Origin: Yuukianura sp. NJ FZ-2021
Taxonomy: Eukaryota
Direction of reading: 5' to 3'
DNA: 64,000 bases
Assembly: GCA_046563655.1 (NCBI GenBank)
Contig: CM102286.1
Location: forward strand, 5,084,001 to 5,148,000
Positions 12,535 through 25,814 of this stretch are shown piece after piece. The position numbers were made by a program, and so were the translations under genes. The notes under the pieces were generated by a model. The model ran no database searches and was not told where the DNA came from. It saw only the letters and a program-made list of their open reading frames with translations. Every line of letters starts with the position of its first letter. Within the stretch, counting starts at the first letter, position 1.

Positions 12535-15500
12535 GATCCAAAGACGTTTGGGCTGTGACATTTCCCAAAGGCAAAGCGCAGTAATAGCGTCGAAAGTAAT
12601 TTAGGCAGTGATTTACGACTCGTGAAATGGCGAAATTTTGCATTCTGTTTTTAAGTAGGCTTTTTGGAATTGAATTTTGATTGTCGAGGTGTGCACATGC
12701 ATTTTTTGTGTTAGAAAAGCATTTGGTTCGGTGACTTGAAAGAAATCGTAACCTCTACGGAAGCGAATCGCTTACTGGTATTTTAAACTGCTTTTGTACC
12801 GCACCGGTGGATACAGAACTGCTTACTGAATTTTGCACAGCTTCCACAAATTTTGATTGGACCAGAGACTAGTCTAGAATTAATTTTCAGCACAAGTGGT
12901 CTTATTGTTAAAATTAGCATAGTTATTGTTGAATTGTTTTTTAAACAATACCGCCAACGTTTTCATATTAAATGAAAAGGACGACTTAAATTGTGCTAAT
13001 TTCACAATTGAAGTTTTTTGACTTCTTTCTCTCTCCACTTATATTTTTCTACGCTTCAGTTTTAAACGTTTTCAATGAAAAATGTTTGTACACAAAGTTG
13101 TCCTCATTCCTCGTTCCCGATGTCTTGCCCTTGATGCGGTGAAAGTGTTTTATTTTAATTGTAAAACACTAGAGACTAGCTAAGCGAGTAGCAAACCCGG
13201 ATTTGCTTAAAATTTCATTGATTTTTACTACTTGCGTTACGCGTGATACTGTGTTTTTGCTTTAAGATTTTGATTTTACTGACGGGCGGTGTTTTTTTTT
13301 TGTTAGAAAAAGCAATGAGCTGGGAATTATGTTTTACAACCAAAACAAGCAGTTATATTCTCATCTTCTTGTGTTGTGAAGTGGTTTATTATAAAGTGCA
13401 CAAGGTAGTAAGTGTGTGCATCATCATCAAATCCTTGAAAAAATTAGTGGACGCGACCAACTGCCCCTAGCTACCGGTTTCTAATACGTTTTTGAAGTTT
13501 ATGATCAACCAAGCAGCAGTAATACGCACAGCAACCATTGATTGGTAGCTCGTCCATTGTCCTGCAAGCCCAATTCTTAGTCCACCTATAAATTTTAAAA
13601 TAAGTTCCAAAGCGCAGGCAATAAATAAATTAATTTCCGTTTCTTAAATTGAATTTTACGAAAGTGTTTTGCTCGTTGCCTGATGGAAGTGGGAGGCTCT
13701 CCGTTATGGCGCAATATTTCAGAATCTCTATCGATCTCTCTTCAGTGGCCAAACCAAAATCATAATGATGCAACACAATATTTTAGCCTGCTAAGATTCT
13801 TCCAAGATTCTTTCCTGTTATAAAGAAACACAGCTTCTTCTTCAACTTGTTTGTTATTGGATTTGTCGCTAGCAGACGACTTGAGTCTCCACAGGTTGAT
13901 AAATTGTCATGTCAAACTTCTACCTCCTGCTTAGCTACTAAAAAAAGTGCCATCGTAGTGTCTTCCGCTCCATTCGTGCGGCTGACTGCTGTTGGTCACT
14001 TGTGACAGTGCCGCCGCGACTTTTGAGGTCTCGCTTGTGACAAGTCGCAAATTCCTACACTCAGGAAAGACGCTGACATGGCTATCAATTATTCGGAGTT
14101 ATTCGATATATTGCTCCAAGTCATTCTTCCTAAGTGTTTCTTTCTGTTTCTCTGAATAACCAACGTGTATCTTCCGGATCAAATTCGAAGAAAACTTTTA
14201 GACTCTGAGCTCCCTTGGTCATTATTTATAGACCTGTCAAGACATTGGGCATACGCTTGTATTAGACACAGTGTGCCAACATAAGCCACACTCCGCTAAT
14301 CTCAGATGTTGTAGACTGGAGCTGCGCGAGATTGCTGGAAACTGACATGCTGCGCACTCTACCCGCTAAAAGCTTCTCCAACAATGACGATATCCGCCTA
14401 GGATTTCGTGGAAGAGACAATCAAAGTTTGGGTGACAGGACTGACATGACAGGGAGAAAGTGAGAGACGCTGATGAATGAATGATTTGACAAATTGTTGA
14501 CGTTAGCTGCCTTGTTCGTTAGGCATCTTTGACTTGTCGCCTCAAAACTTGCGGATGTCTCTGTTTAGGAAGATGACATCTACGTCATGTCCCTTGCCGT
14601 TAGTTGATGGATAAGGAAATCGTAAATGCTGACAAGGAAGTTTGTGAAATGCTTTGCCGAACGCTTCCCATTCCAGAAATTATTAAGCAGTGACTGCTAA
14701 AATCATGGAGGAAAGTAGCTAATGCTAGCAGCACGAAGTCTGTTGGGATTGAAGTGTTTTGGAACACAGTTTTTGTTGATGTTACATCGTGCAAAAGTGT
14801 TTGGATTAACACCTCACTTCACTCGAGAAGCGATTGAATGTTGACACATTCCAATGTTGCAGGTCCAGCACTTTGCTGTAAGTAGCATTTATTGAGCTTT
14901 GTCAAATCCACTCTGAAGTCGCTGAACTTGAAATGAAAAGTAGTTGATTCAGCTTCTGCCTACTTTTTTTTAAATCTCACGCTAAGCTCTTGGAAAATTC
15001 AATTTAGAACTGACAGGAAAGTCTAAAAATAAATTTTTTACTTCTTCTGTCTTGTCATTTAAAAGAAAACATTAGGTAGTGAGGGGAGAGCTTTGCATAT
15101 TTTATTGTCCACTTCAGCACTCTTGAACTTTAAGAACTTTTCACACTTTTTAAGTGTGTTCCGTTGCATTTTTACACTAAAGCTACCTCGAACTGAATTG
15201 CAATGAATGATATTAATTATGCTTATTTACTTTGGTGCGTCATTACAAATTCAAATCCACTCAAAACTATTTGCAATTCTGGCAAAAAAAAAATCAGAAA
15301 AAAATGTTTGAATTCTAATTTTTCAATTCCACATTTCTCACACTTGAACAACATTTTGAGGGTTTCTAATCTCTTTCAAATGCAATAAAAGTAGTACATT
15401 TTTGAAAAGTAAAAAAACTTGTAGCAAAGGCATGCAACTAAAAAATTTGCAGCATTTTCTCAACTTTACGAATTCTTTTTAACTTTTTCAAATTTGAAAC

Positions 15501-18500
15501 AAGGGAGAAAGTAAAAGTGAAAGCGTGACTAACACTTCAAATATTTCACATGGAAAGTGGGTGTTTTTTGTTACTAAAAGCTTAATTGTCGGATTGCGTT
15601 TAAGTTTTACACACCATCATATTTTTTCAAAAAAAAATCTTTTAAAAAAAATGAATTGCTGTAGCTAGAGATTTAAAGAAGGACATAAACACACATAGAA
15701 ATGGGAGGAAGAGAGGGAACTTTCGTATGAAATAGGAGTGGACCTTATTATTATCCTATGATTTACATGGTCACAATTCATTTTGAAATGGTGTTGATTT
15801 GAAGTTCATGTTTCATTAAAACCTACGGGCAGTTTTAGTAGGTTGCTCAAGTGTAAAGTTTAAGTCCATCTTCCATTATGCCATCAGTAGTTGTTGCGGG
15901 GACTTAAATTATGGCAACCCAGACGCTATCAGTTGCTCCAACTCTGTGTAGCCCCACTGGGCCTTCCTGTTGATTTTCAAAATTTATAATGTGTAATTGC
16001 ACACAATGAACTTAGGAGCTGAAGCTACCAATTGGCAGAAGGCGGACGTGTGCTGAAGCAAGTGGCCTATTAAAATAAATAAATAATCCTCCGCCTTCTT
16101 GCTCAAACACTTCTGCCTTTTTCCACGCACTTTTCAAATTTACACACCAAAATTTAAAAAAAAATCCTCTAGGTTTTTGGTGCCTAAATTTGATTTCTGT
16201 TTGATTAATGAATGGTGTAGCTCTCCAACGCGTCCTGATGCTTCTACTCACAACAGCTTCAAGCCAGTAATAAACAAGTGTCAAAATGAGGAGTCAGTAA
16301 AAGCAGATTGTAATTTGAGATGCACTTTGCATCGATTCGTAAATGGATGTTCCTATTTTATAGATTTAGAGAACCTGAAGAGTGCTTTTGGGAACAATTT
16401 GTAACTTGGCTAAGCCTTCAGATTTTCACTTTGGTAGTAGAAACTACTTGGGTTTGAATTGATCCTGGAAAAGTGTGGCTGTAGGTTTTGGATTATGATT
16501 CATGATATTCAATGGGAATAAAATGGCTGTGGATTCGATACATTTGTCAAGGAAAGAGAAAAAGAATGGCGCCTACGTCTTTTGTTGTTGGTGCTTACTT
16601 ACGTCTAGCTTTCTATTCTTCTGGAAAATGAAATATTTTTTGGCAACTTTTACACAATACAAGTCTTGCCTTCTTTTCATGTAAAGTAAGCCTGTGCAGG
16701 TTTCATCCTGGGCAATCCTTGTCAGTTCCATTCAACGTTCATGTGCAACCTCCTATTCAATGTTATGTAAACATTAATAACTAAACTAAAATTCTGCTTG
16801 TTTTTTTTTTTTCAATTCTTCTCAAATCGGATGAAGAATGATTTTTCAATTTTTGGCTTTTTCCGGCATTAGATTGGAAATTACGAGATTGATTTCATTT
16901 TAGTAACCTGGAAAACGGAAGACATATACGGCTCTACTGGTCGAAAATTAATGGCAAAAAGTTTACCAACGGATTAATTTGCTACATAAGCTTGTACATT
17001 TAAGCATGACCTTGTTCCAGCTTGAGGGTTGGTAAATAAATGTTTGCTAAACCTATGTAAATAGCGTAAGTCGGCGCAAAATTTAAAAGATTGGACAGAC
17101 ACGCCCTTTTAGACAATTTCAAATCCATTTTCTAAATTCCAGTTGGGTTGGAGGTTGGAAACAGAATATTGAAATTGGATTTTAAGCCACTTTGGGAAAT
17201 TGAAAAGAGATGTTCAGGAAAATGGCCCAGAGCTGTTTGTAGGATCGAACCAAATCTAATTTAGAGCGCCAGATTTAAACCTTGTACGTCCAGGGGTTCT
17301 AGATTTTAGGAAAATTAAAAATGTATTCTGGCGATATTTTTAAAACTTTGGTGCAGCAATTAATCACTTACTTGCAAAGAATGATGGCTTCACCACTTTC
17401 ATCATGTTGATGAGCATACCGGGAATGACTATTTTTAAATTTCCCAGCAAAGTCAGCGTCAAGTAAGTGTGTTTTTGTCAGCAAAAATATTTAGAATTTT
17501 TTCTTCCGGATCACTTGGTGAAATGCTTTGAGCACTTTTATAACCAAATGTCGCCTTCAATATAATCGGTATTCAATTTTCTTTGCTGCTGGAACATTTA
17601 TTATTGTTAGCAAGACAAAAAAAGTATTGATTACTAAAGTGCTTTTGTCCATAAGTCATAAAATAACGAATAATATCCGAGTCCATCCTCAAAATTGGCA
17701 TAATAATGAAACTTGATGGGCAGAAAGTTTGACATATGCAGGAAAACTTTTCGGATTGGTGCGTAGGGAACCTGATAGGTTTCTGCTACTCTCTTCTTGT
17801 GATGAAATCTATCATGGCTACATACTTTGCAGAGTGGCACAGGGCAAACAACTTTATTATTTCCTCCAGTTTTCTCCACTTTCTCCACAGGAACTCACCG
17901 ATTCTCTGCAAACAGCCCAACCGTCCCCATACTTTCCCCGCGCCATGTGCAGCCAAAACAAACAGAAACAAGCCACTCCGAAGTTGGGTTCTGGAAGACC
18001 CAAATCCCCGAATTTCTGGGAACTATTGAATCTCGCGCGTCTGCCTCTTATCAAGTGACTAATGGCTCTCGCGTGTATCTCCAACAGAGATCGCATGTCT
18101 CCGACTCATCTGACCTTACTTGCCCTCGGCCCTTTACGCGGTCCCTGGAAAAATTGGTTTTTAAATATGCCTCTTTCGTTCTAAAGCTTAGAATAGTGGA
18201 AGATACACTTTTGGGGAAAATTCAACAAGATCCAGGAATTCTGCTAACGACCCCCTTGTGACGTTGGATTTGCTACCAAAAATTGCAAACCAATTCCCTT
18301 GAGTGTTTGAACGATTCCTTGGCCTACATTTGATTCCGAAGTTTTTAAAATTGTGCTACAAAATTCAGGGAAAAAAAGTTAAAATATTAATTTTAAAATT
18401 GGGAATAAAGTGCGAATTAGATATGCACCATATTTTTCTTAAAAGTTTTGTTCATTAGAATTTTTTTTTTGGAAAATGTTCATTCCGATTTATTTTTTCT

Positions 18501-21500
18501 ACTCAAAAACTTCCTCGTGAAGCGATTTTTTTAAAACTTGTGTGCATGGCTCTCTAAAAATGGTGTGCTTGAGTGACAGCAGAGATTGGATTACAGTGGG
18601 TAGTTGACTTTAGAATTCATTTCCGTTGTGGCTTGTGCTCATCCTCCCGAAAACTTTCTATTTTGGGGAAAGTTGGATTTTTTTTTGAAAAAGCTGGATG
18701 AGCAGGAAATGGGTTTTCAGAACTGGAAAATAGAAAAGCTTTTAAAAGAAACCTTTGTATAGAAATCCAAAGTTTGGTTTTTCTATTTAGCCAAGCGTAA
18801 TCTACCCTAATTGTTGGATACACCCTGGATTAATTAAAACCAATTCACTTAATCCGGAATTAATTCGGCTACGCTTCAGAGAAAGTCCGCTGCTAGTTGT
18901 AAACACTAGAAGCAAATTGGACAAAATTCTGCACAATTGCGCATGGTTGGATTTTGGTTTTCTAAAAAAAAAATAGGAAAACGCTTGCTTCTCTAACAGA
19001 GTGTTTTCAAACACTGGACCTAAAATCAACAAAGCTGCCTCTGATTTTACAGAGTGCGAAAGGGAAACTATGGTTTTCAAAAGCGACACTACGGAATTTA
19101 CAATGTAGGAAATCCGGTCTTTGGGTATTCTACTGGAATTTTAAGTTGCGTTTTAAGCACTTCGGCGTGCCTTATTGGGCAGCAGGCTTAGAGTATTTTA
19201 CGCATCAGAATAAAAAAGATGGGAAGCGTCTTCCCATGATGATATCCTTATAAGTAGCAGTTTTATTTACGTCGGTTTTATTACAATGGCATCTCCATTT
19301 GGAACTTCAACTGAGGCACTATTATAACTTGTACCAAAAAGTAAAGAGAGTCACCATTTTCATTGTGTAAAGGGCCCACTGCGACTCCAATTGTCGTTTG
19401 AATGGACGACTTAAAGCAACTTAATGAACTGGCAATCGGAAAGCACCACCATCAACTGACCGGATCCTTACAGATGTAGCCTTATGGACCACGGTGTTCA
19501 TATACGGAATATTAAGGACGGCATGAAAACAACTTTTAGCAGAAAGCTTCAAACTATGTTGTGAACCAGTATTGTAATGGACGCGTTATTTTTTGGGCGG
19601 AGCTACGAAAATGGTCTCAGTCAGGTTCATTAGAGTCCGTCCGGAAACTTTCGGGAACGTCAAGTCAAGGGCCAGAGAAAATCCATAAGTTTCATCAAAT
19701 AAATATTGCGGCGCCTCCACAAACGCCTTGTGTCTTCCCTCAGGTCACAGTTAACTCACAAGTTACAGGCAGAAGGTCAAAGGCAATTCGACCCATCTTC
19801 ACGCAACAAACATTTTTCGGAGCGTAGTTTATTGGGCTGACTGGCTCTCGGGTTGGACTTGGAGTGAGTGAGTTAGAGCCAAAAGCCGAGGCGACCAGCA
19901 CAAGACTTTTTATTACTTCAAATGCCTCTCTCCGCTGGTACTAGAGCCAATTTAATTTATTTCCAGCGGTTCAGCCCATTTTACAATTCCATAAGCTCCG
20001 CTTCCCGAACAATCTTCGGAAAGAAACGGAGAATACTGGGCTAAAGTCAAAGCACACAGCAGAGGAAAGCTGAAGACAAACGTCTTCAAAGGAGACTTAT
20101 TAATTCCGTCTCACCCAAATTACTCATGGATGAGAAAAGGGGAGAGCCCTTTTTGAGTTTGAGTCTTTGCGTCTCCTGATCATTTTTGGTCCTACAATTT
20201 GTGCTCATTCGGCACTTGTATAATGCTGATTTAGTAATAACAATTGAATTTCATTTGGTTCATTTCCCTTCAGTTCCAGTACTGCACTGGAAACAGTTTA
20301 GAACTAGAATGGGCGTGAGCCAGTTACACATAGACATTAAATTTTGCCGCCATCTTCGGAATTTATGGGCCAGAACACAATAAAATACAAATTGAAAAGA
20401 GCCGTGCGTGTATTACGTAATTAGGCGCTCGAATAAAACTCACAATTTCACAATTTATGCTCTGTACGTTGTTTCTAAATAGGTCCAATTCTACGCATTT
20501 TAAAAACAAGTCGTGATGAAAAATTGCCTCATTTTTTTAATTTTAGAAAGAGTGAAGGAGAAAGCTGTGTTTCAAAATTCCCGAGAAAGACGTGGCAGCG
20601 GGTAGCTATCGATTGAGTCACTGAATTAATTCGTCGTGTGCTAGCACAATGAAGCTGATGTGTCGATTAGTTAAAATGAAACGTATTAATTTAAATTCAT
20701 CTCGTGCAGTGTAGTGGTTAAGTGCATTCGCTACTGGAAGTTCCTCATTGGCCTACTTTATAAAAGCGCCTTTGTTCTTCACTACTATTGTTATATCGCG
20801 TTTCCCGCGATCCACGAACTTCCGTTTCCAGAAGGTAACCTTCGACGCCTGTCGCCTAGTTCTCATTAGAGGCAACAGTAAACAGTGACTAAAAGTAATG
20901 AACCCCCACAGTGCCCAAACCTATCTATTATAATTTCGCCTGTGTCTTAGCTCCTCATTGTTGTATTTGGTTTTCTAGCAGGAGCTGGTAACCTACGGAA
21001 GGCGGGTATTTTACTTTAATGTGTCTACAGACACCCAAGTCCTGCCGATATTTCAACTGGTTCCTGGAAGGAGGGGAAAGTGTAATGAATTAAATCCTTC
21101 AGGAACACACTCCCTTAACCAAACGGCAGCCTCTTCGAGACTAAACTTCGTGATTAAAATACCAACAACACAGAATAAGTAACAGTTCTTGTGAAATTAT
21201 TAAGATTCTTAAACATACTTTCGTGCATAATGCAATTCAAATACTGGGACCATGTCTGGAATGAAACAAATTGTGTAAAACCACTGCACTGTTAACTCCC
21301 CATTGCAAGACAAACCTGTTGTTTTAACTTTTGAACCAATGAAGTTATGCGGTTCAAATAAATCTTTCTATACTAAACTTTACGAGAAATTCCGAGGCCT
21401 GTGTTCCTATGCAAATTTTTGCTTTCTCCTGCAGGCTAGCTTAGGGGAACATCCTTGTAAAGAGCTCTTCTGTTTCTGTTACTTTTTGCATCACTACGAG

Positions 21501-22425
21501 GTTACAATGCAAGCAAAATAAAGGAAAGTTGGACCTGTTTGAAACGAAAGTCTCCAATTTTAAAAAAAAACTACTTTATGGCAAAAATTTAAACTCTATG
21601 TTATTCTAAAATGTCAATTCAAAAATGTAAACCGACATGAACCAACCGTTGCTGTTTGAAATCTTACATTTGAGAAAGCAATAACTTTTGTGGAATAGCT
21701 TTCCTGGAGAAAGTTAGGCCATAAATAACACTAGCAAGAAGCTGTGACCTTGGCAGGCACTTTTTGAATACTGTTGACCTCCTGAGACTTAATGTCAAAT
21801 GGAAACGTCTAAATTTATCCATACAATGGTTATGCTGAGTTCTTAATTGTTTTAAGTGCAGGTCATAACAATTACCACTAGAAGAATCGTCTGTGAAGAT
21901 GCGACTCTACCTGTCAGCACGGTGCCTCCTATGGTTTTAGTGGTCAGTCAATTGATATGGGGACATTTGAAACCGTCATAATTTGTCGGATAAAGAACTT
22001 TGCTAAGAAAGTTAACTTTGACTGTCATGTTACTTCAGGAGGCAGTTTGGAATTTGTTGAGTGCATCAAATTCGGATTTAGAGGCTTAGCAGAACAAAAT
22101 AGCTTCCTAGAGTTACAAAGGTCTTCAAGCAGTTCATATGTTGTTCAAAATGATGCGTCAGATAAAATGATGTCGGAGATAACTGTCGGATTTCCGACGA
22201 ATAAAGACGTTTTACCGCTCCTTCCTAGCTTGTGTTGTAATGGCGCTTTCACATTTAAATTTGAACTGCTGGAAGCGTGCTCAGCGGGAACATTAGCATC
22301 TATGTCCACGACGTTCGGAAAGCAGATTCTAATATTTATGTTTCTGTTTACGGAGAAGGTTAACGGTAATTAGAATCCTGGTGCTTAATTGTTATTTGAC
22401 AAGTTCTACATATCAGGCATATTTT

Positions 22426-22435
22426 GGAAATTTCC
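22426..22435. promoter_or_regulatory. Candidate NF-kappaB (Rel/Dif/Relish) site upstream of the defensin-like gene
   Basis: Perfect palindromic GGAAATTTCC about 470 bp upstream of the TATA box of the defensin-like gene; motif match only. Confidence 0.35.
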
Positions 22436-22900
22436 AGCGCTTAAAAACAATTGTTTTGCTGCAAACTTTAAAATTTTTAATTGCTTGTCGTCTTTCCTTC
22501 TGTTCAAATTGTTCAAAAAAAAAAAGTTCAAATTGAGAGTTTTACGACTACGGCCAAATTGAAACCTAACTTTAAAATGTGAAAACGAATTTTTTGGTGC
22601 AGTGACGTCTACAAAAACTTGTGGCATCGAAAACTTGTATTTGATTCAAGGTCATTGTTTTACTTCAAAGTGTTTGCAAATTGCAACTTTGAATTAAGTC
22701 GTTTTGAAAATTGGCGTTAAGTGGTTACTGCAAACTCATTAAATTTAGTTCAAACCAAACTAAAGCAGAAACTAATTGGACAATTATTGGCAGACAAACA
22801 GTACAATTAAGTAATTGGGCTTCCAGTTAACTCAAAAATAAACACGTCTGTGCAAGTTGAAAGTGAATATGTTTATGTAAAGCGGCATTTTAGCACCGAG

Positions 22901-23056
22901 TATAAAAACTGATTCACTTTCAGAGCAATGTTCATACTTAAGTCAAATCTTCCTACTCCATAACCTCACTCTCCGTTTCCCGGTAAGAATTCATCATTTT
23001 TCTGAAGTTGATTTTTTGTTCTCCAGTTGATTGAACAATGCATTACTAAATTTTAG
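22901..23056 (+). promoter_or_regulatory. TATA box, short non-coding first exon and 5' UTR intron of the defensin-like gene
   Basis: TATAAAA at 22901; Inr-like TTCATAC about 30 nt downstream; donor CCG|GTAAGA at 22983; acceptor TTTTAG| at 23056, followed by GAATCAAAAAATG, an arthropod-type start context. Confidence 0.6.
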
Positions 23057-23066
23057 GAATCAAAAA

Positions 23067-23332
23067 ATGGCCAAGCTCATCGCTATCTTTGCAATCCTCC
23101 TTGTCATTGGAGCAATGCTTCCATTGGAAACGGTATGCAATAGTGTCTTTCAATTTTGGATACCATGAAATGTTTATCCGAAGTATGTTTTTCAAAGGTT
23201 GCCAACACTCCGCTGTGTCAAACTGGAGGTGACAACGGTGCAAAAGCATGCTCCGCCGGTTGCGTAGCTGCTGGACTCAAGAGTGGCGCTTGTGGTCAAG
23301 ATGGCGGTTGCAACAAATGTATTTGCAGTTGA
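23067..23332 (+). CDS. Defensin-like (cysteine-stabilised alpha-beta) secreted peptide, 66 aa, 2 coding exons
   Basis: Exons 23067-23132 and 23198-23332 (65-nt GT-AG intron, phase 0) give MAKLIAIFAILLVIGAMLPLETVANTPLCQTGGDNGAKACSAGCVAAGLKSGACGQDGGCNKCICS*. This has a hydrophobic signal peptide and the C...CxxxC...GxC...CxC signature, plus one extra Cys. Confidence 0.85.
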
Positions 23333-25814
23333 ACCAATGAACAATTGACGACTCGGAATCAACCTCTACATAACCAAGTCAAACCCTAACATTGAACTTT
23401 CTCTTTTCGGCATTCTTGGCACATTTATTTAAGAAGTAAACATTAACGGAAGCAGTTGAATGGGACTACAGCACAGCATTTGGGAAAATACACATTTAGT
23501 TTTTGATTACTTCTGATACTGTAATTACTAAATGTAACTATCAGCATAATCGCAATAATAAAATTAATTCTAAAAGTACTTATCCAAGTCAACTCTACGC
23601 TTTACTGAACTAACAACTGAAATTAAACCATTCTAAGAAGCAATTTACACGACATTTTCTATGTCTTAATGAGTACAGAGTAATTTCTTCACCCTAACTT
23701 ATAATGTTGCATTATAACTTGAAACTCGTAGTTTAAAATCTAATTAATCCTAAAGCATAATTAACAATTGAATAAGTATTTTATAATTTCAACAATCTCC
23801 GACCGCCTACGTATGAGTATTTAAATATGTTAAATATTTAATACAAGAAGCTCTTCAGGACTTTCTCTTTTCTTAGATTTTTCAGGTGGAAACTGGTAAT
23901 ATCCTTAAATTTCACAAATTTGTTTAAAAATTAAACGCAACGCTGATCATGTAGGTCAAGGTTTGTTTAAAGTTTAGTATTTTAGGTAAATTCAAATTTT
24001 TTATTTTTTAAAGTTAAATATCATTTTAAATTTAAGTAGCTGACAATTTGCCATACTAAGAAAGGCGACATGGTCGAACGTTGGGATTTGCTGGTCTAAA
24101 TGGGGTAACCGCGGTTACCATAATAAAGTTCATGTGAAAAACCTTGCTAGGTTCCTCGCAAGAACCTTGGAGGTAACACTATGTCAGAAACATATTACGC
24201 ATTCTTGCACTGTTTTTAAATTTTACGTTTTCAAATTGATTTCACTCCCAGCTTTCACTTTCACCGCCTCCGCTTTTAAGGAAACAGCATTCCATGCTGC
24301 ATACAAACAAGTTGGAAAGCGGGAGAATGAAGGAGTGTGAAATAGTACTTTGTTCTAAAAGCAATCTAAAAATCTGCTGCAGTTTTCCTACTTTCAACTT
24401 AAAATTAGAGCTTACAGGTAGAATTTTGTGTTGCACCAAAAACATGTACGGGTACTTCAGTAAGCACTGTCTGAAATCCATGAGTGCAAAAACACTTCAA
24501 GTCAATTGCGAGGAAGGACTATTACTTTATAAAAGTTCTTTTTTGCAAACTTTTGCAATGTTGCTTTCTCCAGAGGATGTGATGAGGGTCCATAAATAAA
24601 GTATACAAGGGTTGCATATAAATTATATAGCCGCTGGCAATTTTTAGCACCATTAGCAAACCCCGCAAACTATCTTAAAATACCAAAAAGGCAATAAAAA
24701 TTGTGGTTCCCATTTTCATTTTTAAAAATTCAAACCTGTTTGAGGGGAATTACATTTTTAGAATAGCTAGATTGGTGACAAGAACAACTTTGTGCATTAG
24801 ATTTCGTATAGGTTAATTTACATCAGAGATGAATATGGTCTAATTTCCGGAACTACTATGAGATTTCCGTAACGTACTTTGTTTAGTATTACATTAACAT
24901 GGGATGGGTAGGAACCAACAGAGTTCTACATTTTCAAAAAATTGGGATATGTTTTAAAATTGTTTCTCAAAAATTTATACTGTTTCACTCAATTTTTGAA
25001 TTATTATAAATGAAACTTGTTTGCCAGGATGTTATAAAATATAGTGTTGAAATATATTTAATTGTGCCTTAAAGTCTTTACTGCAAACAGAGATTTAAGC
25101 TATTACCCTGCTTGCCTCCTGCACTTCACCGGTGGTACTTGAAGTTAAGAAGGGACGTGAATTTGAAAAGTTCAAATTAGTTTTTCGATTAGTACTTCGA
25201 AATCAAAATTTTGTTTCAAAGACTTTACTTTCTGACCCTTATTTTGAATAAACTTCCTAAAATTTCTGCTTTTACACGATTTTAATGGGTTACATTGCAT
25301 TACTTGCTACAGCTAGACTTTGCCTTATAAGTTAAAAATCCACATCTTCACTCTATCACTTCAAGCGTCCAGCCCCAGATAATTGAAATCTAAGTTATTC
25401 GTTACCTCTACAATAAATTACACTGAAAGTCAAGTACTATTTACAGAAGAAATAGAATAGACTTCATTCTTGTCTTCTCTAAAACCAACACCAATGAGCA
25501 TCAGATCGATGTCAGGCATATTGTACTTCAAAACACGAATTTATGTACCTAGAGGGAGACTTGAAGGAACTGTGTTCAGGGGATAAGGGCTTACAATAAT
25601 AAGGGCTCCCCATAATAATTTATCTCCAGGAGAAGATGACTTGGCCTTAACAGGGCCAGGGGTATTGTTCCAATCCAACCAAATAAATGGAGTGTCAGCG
25701 TCTAATCAGATGAAGAACAAAGTGCTTTACCAATTGTTGACTTTCGTTTAATTTATGAGAGTCTCTTTCCCCACCGAATGTCAACGTCTTCTGTCTGCTC
25801 TTGAGTCTCTGACC

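Noticed and set aside
17634..18261. Cluster of overlapping 60-144 aa ORFs on both strands
   Set aside because: No recognisable domain, signal peptide or consistent splice structure; explained by locally higher GC content.
20701..20740. A-box-like GCAGTGTAGTGGTTAAGTGCATTCGC
   Set aside because: No B box, T arm or acceptor stem follows, so it is not a tRNA gene.
23330..23389. Possibility that the defensin TGA is read as selenocysteine to pair with the seventh Cys
   Set aside because: No recognisable SECIS element downstream, and the read-through sequence is unremarkable.
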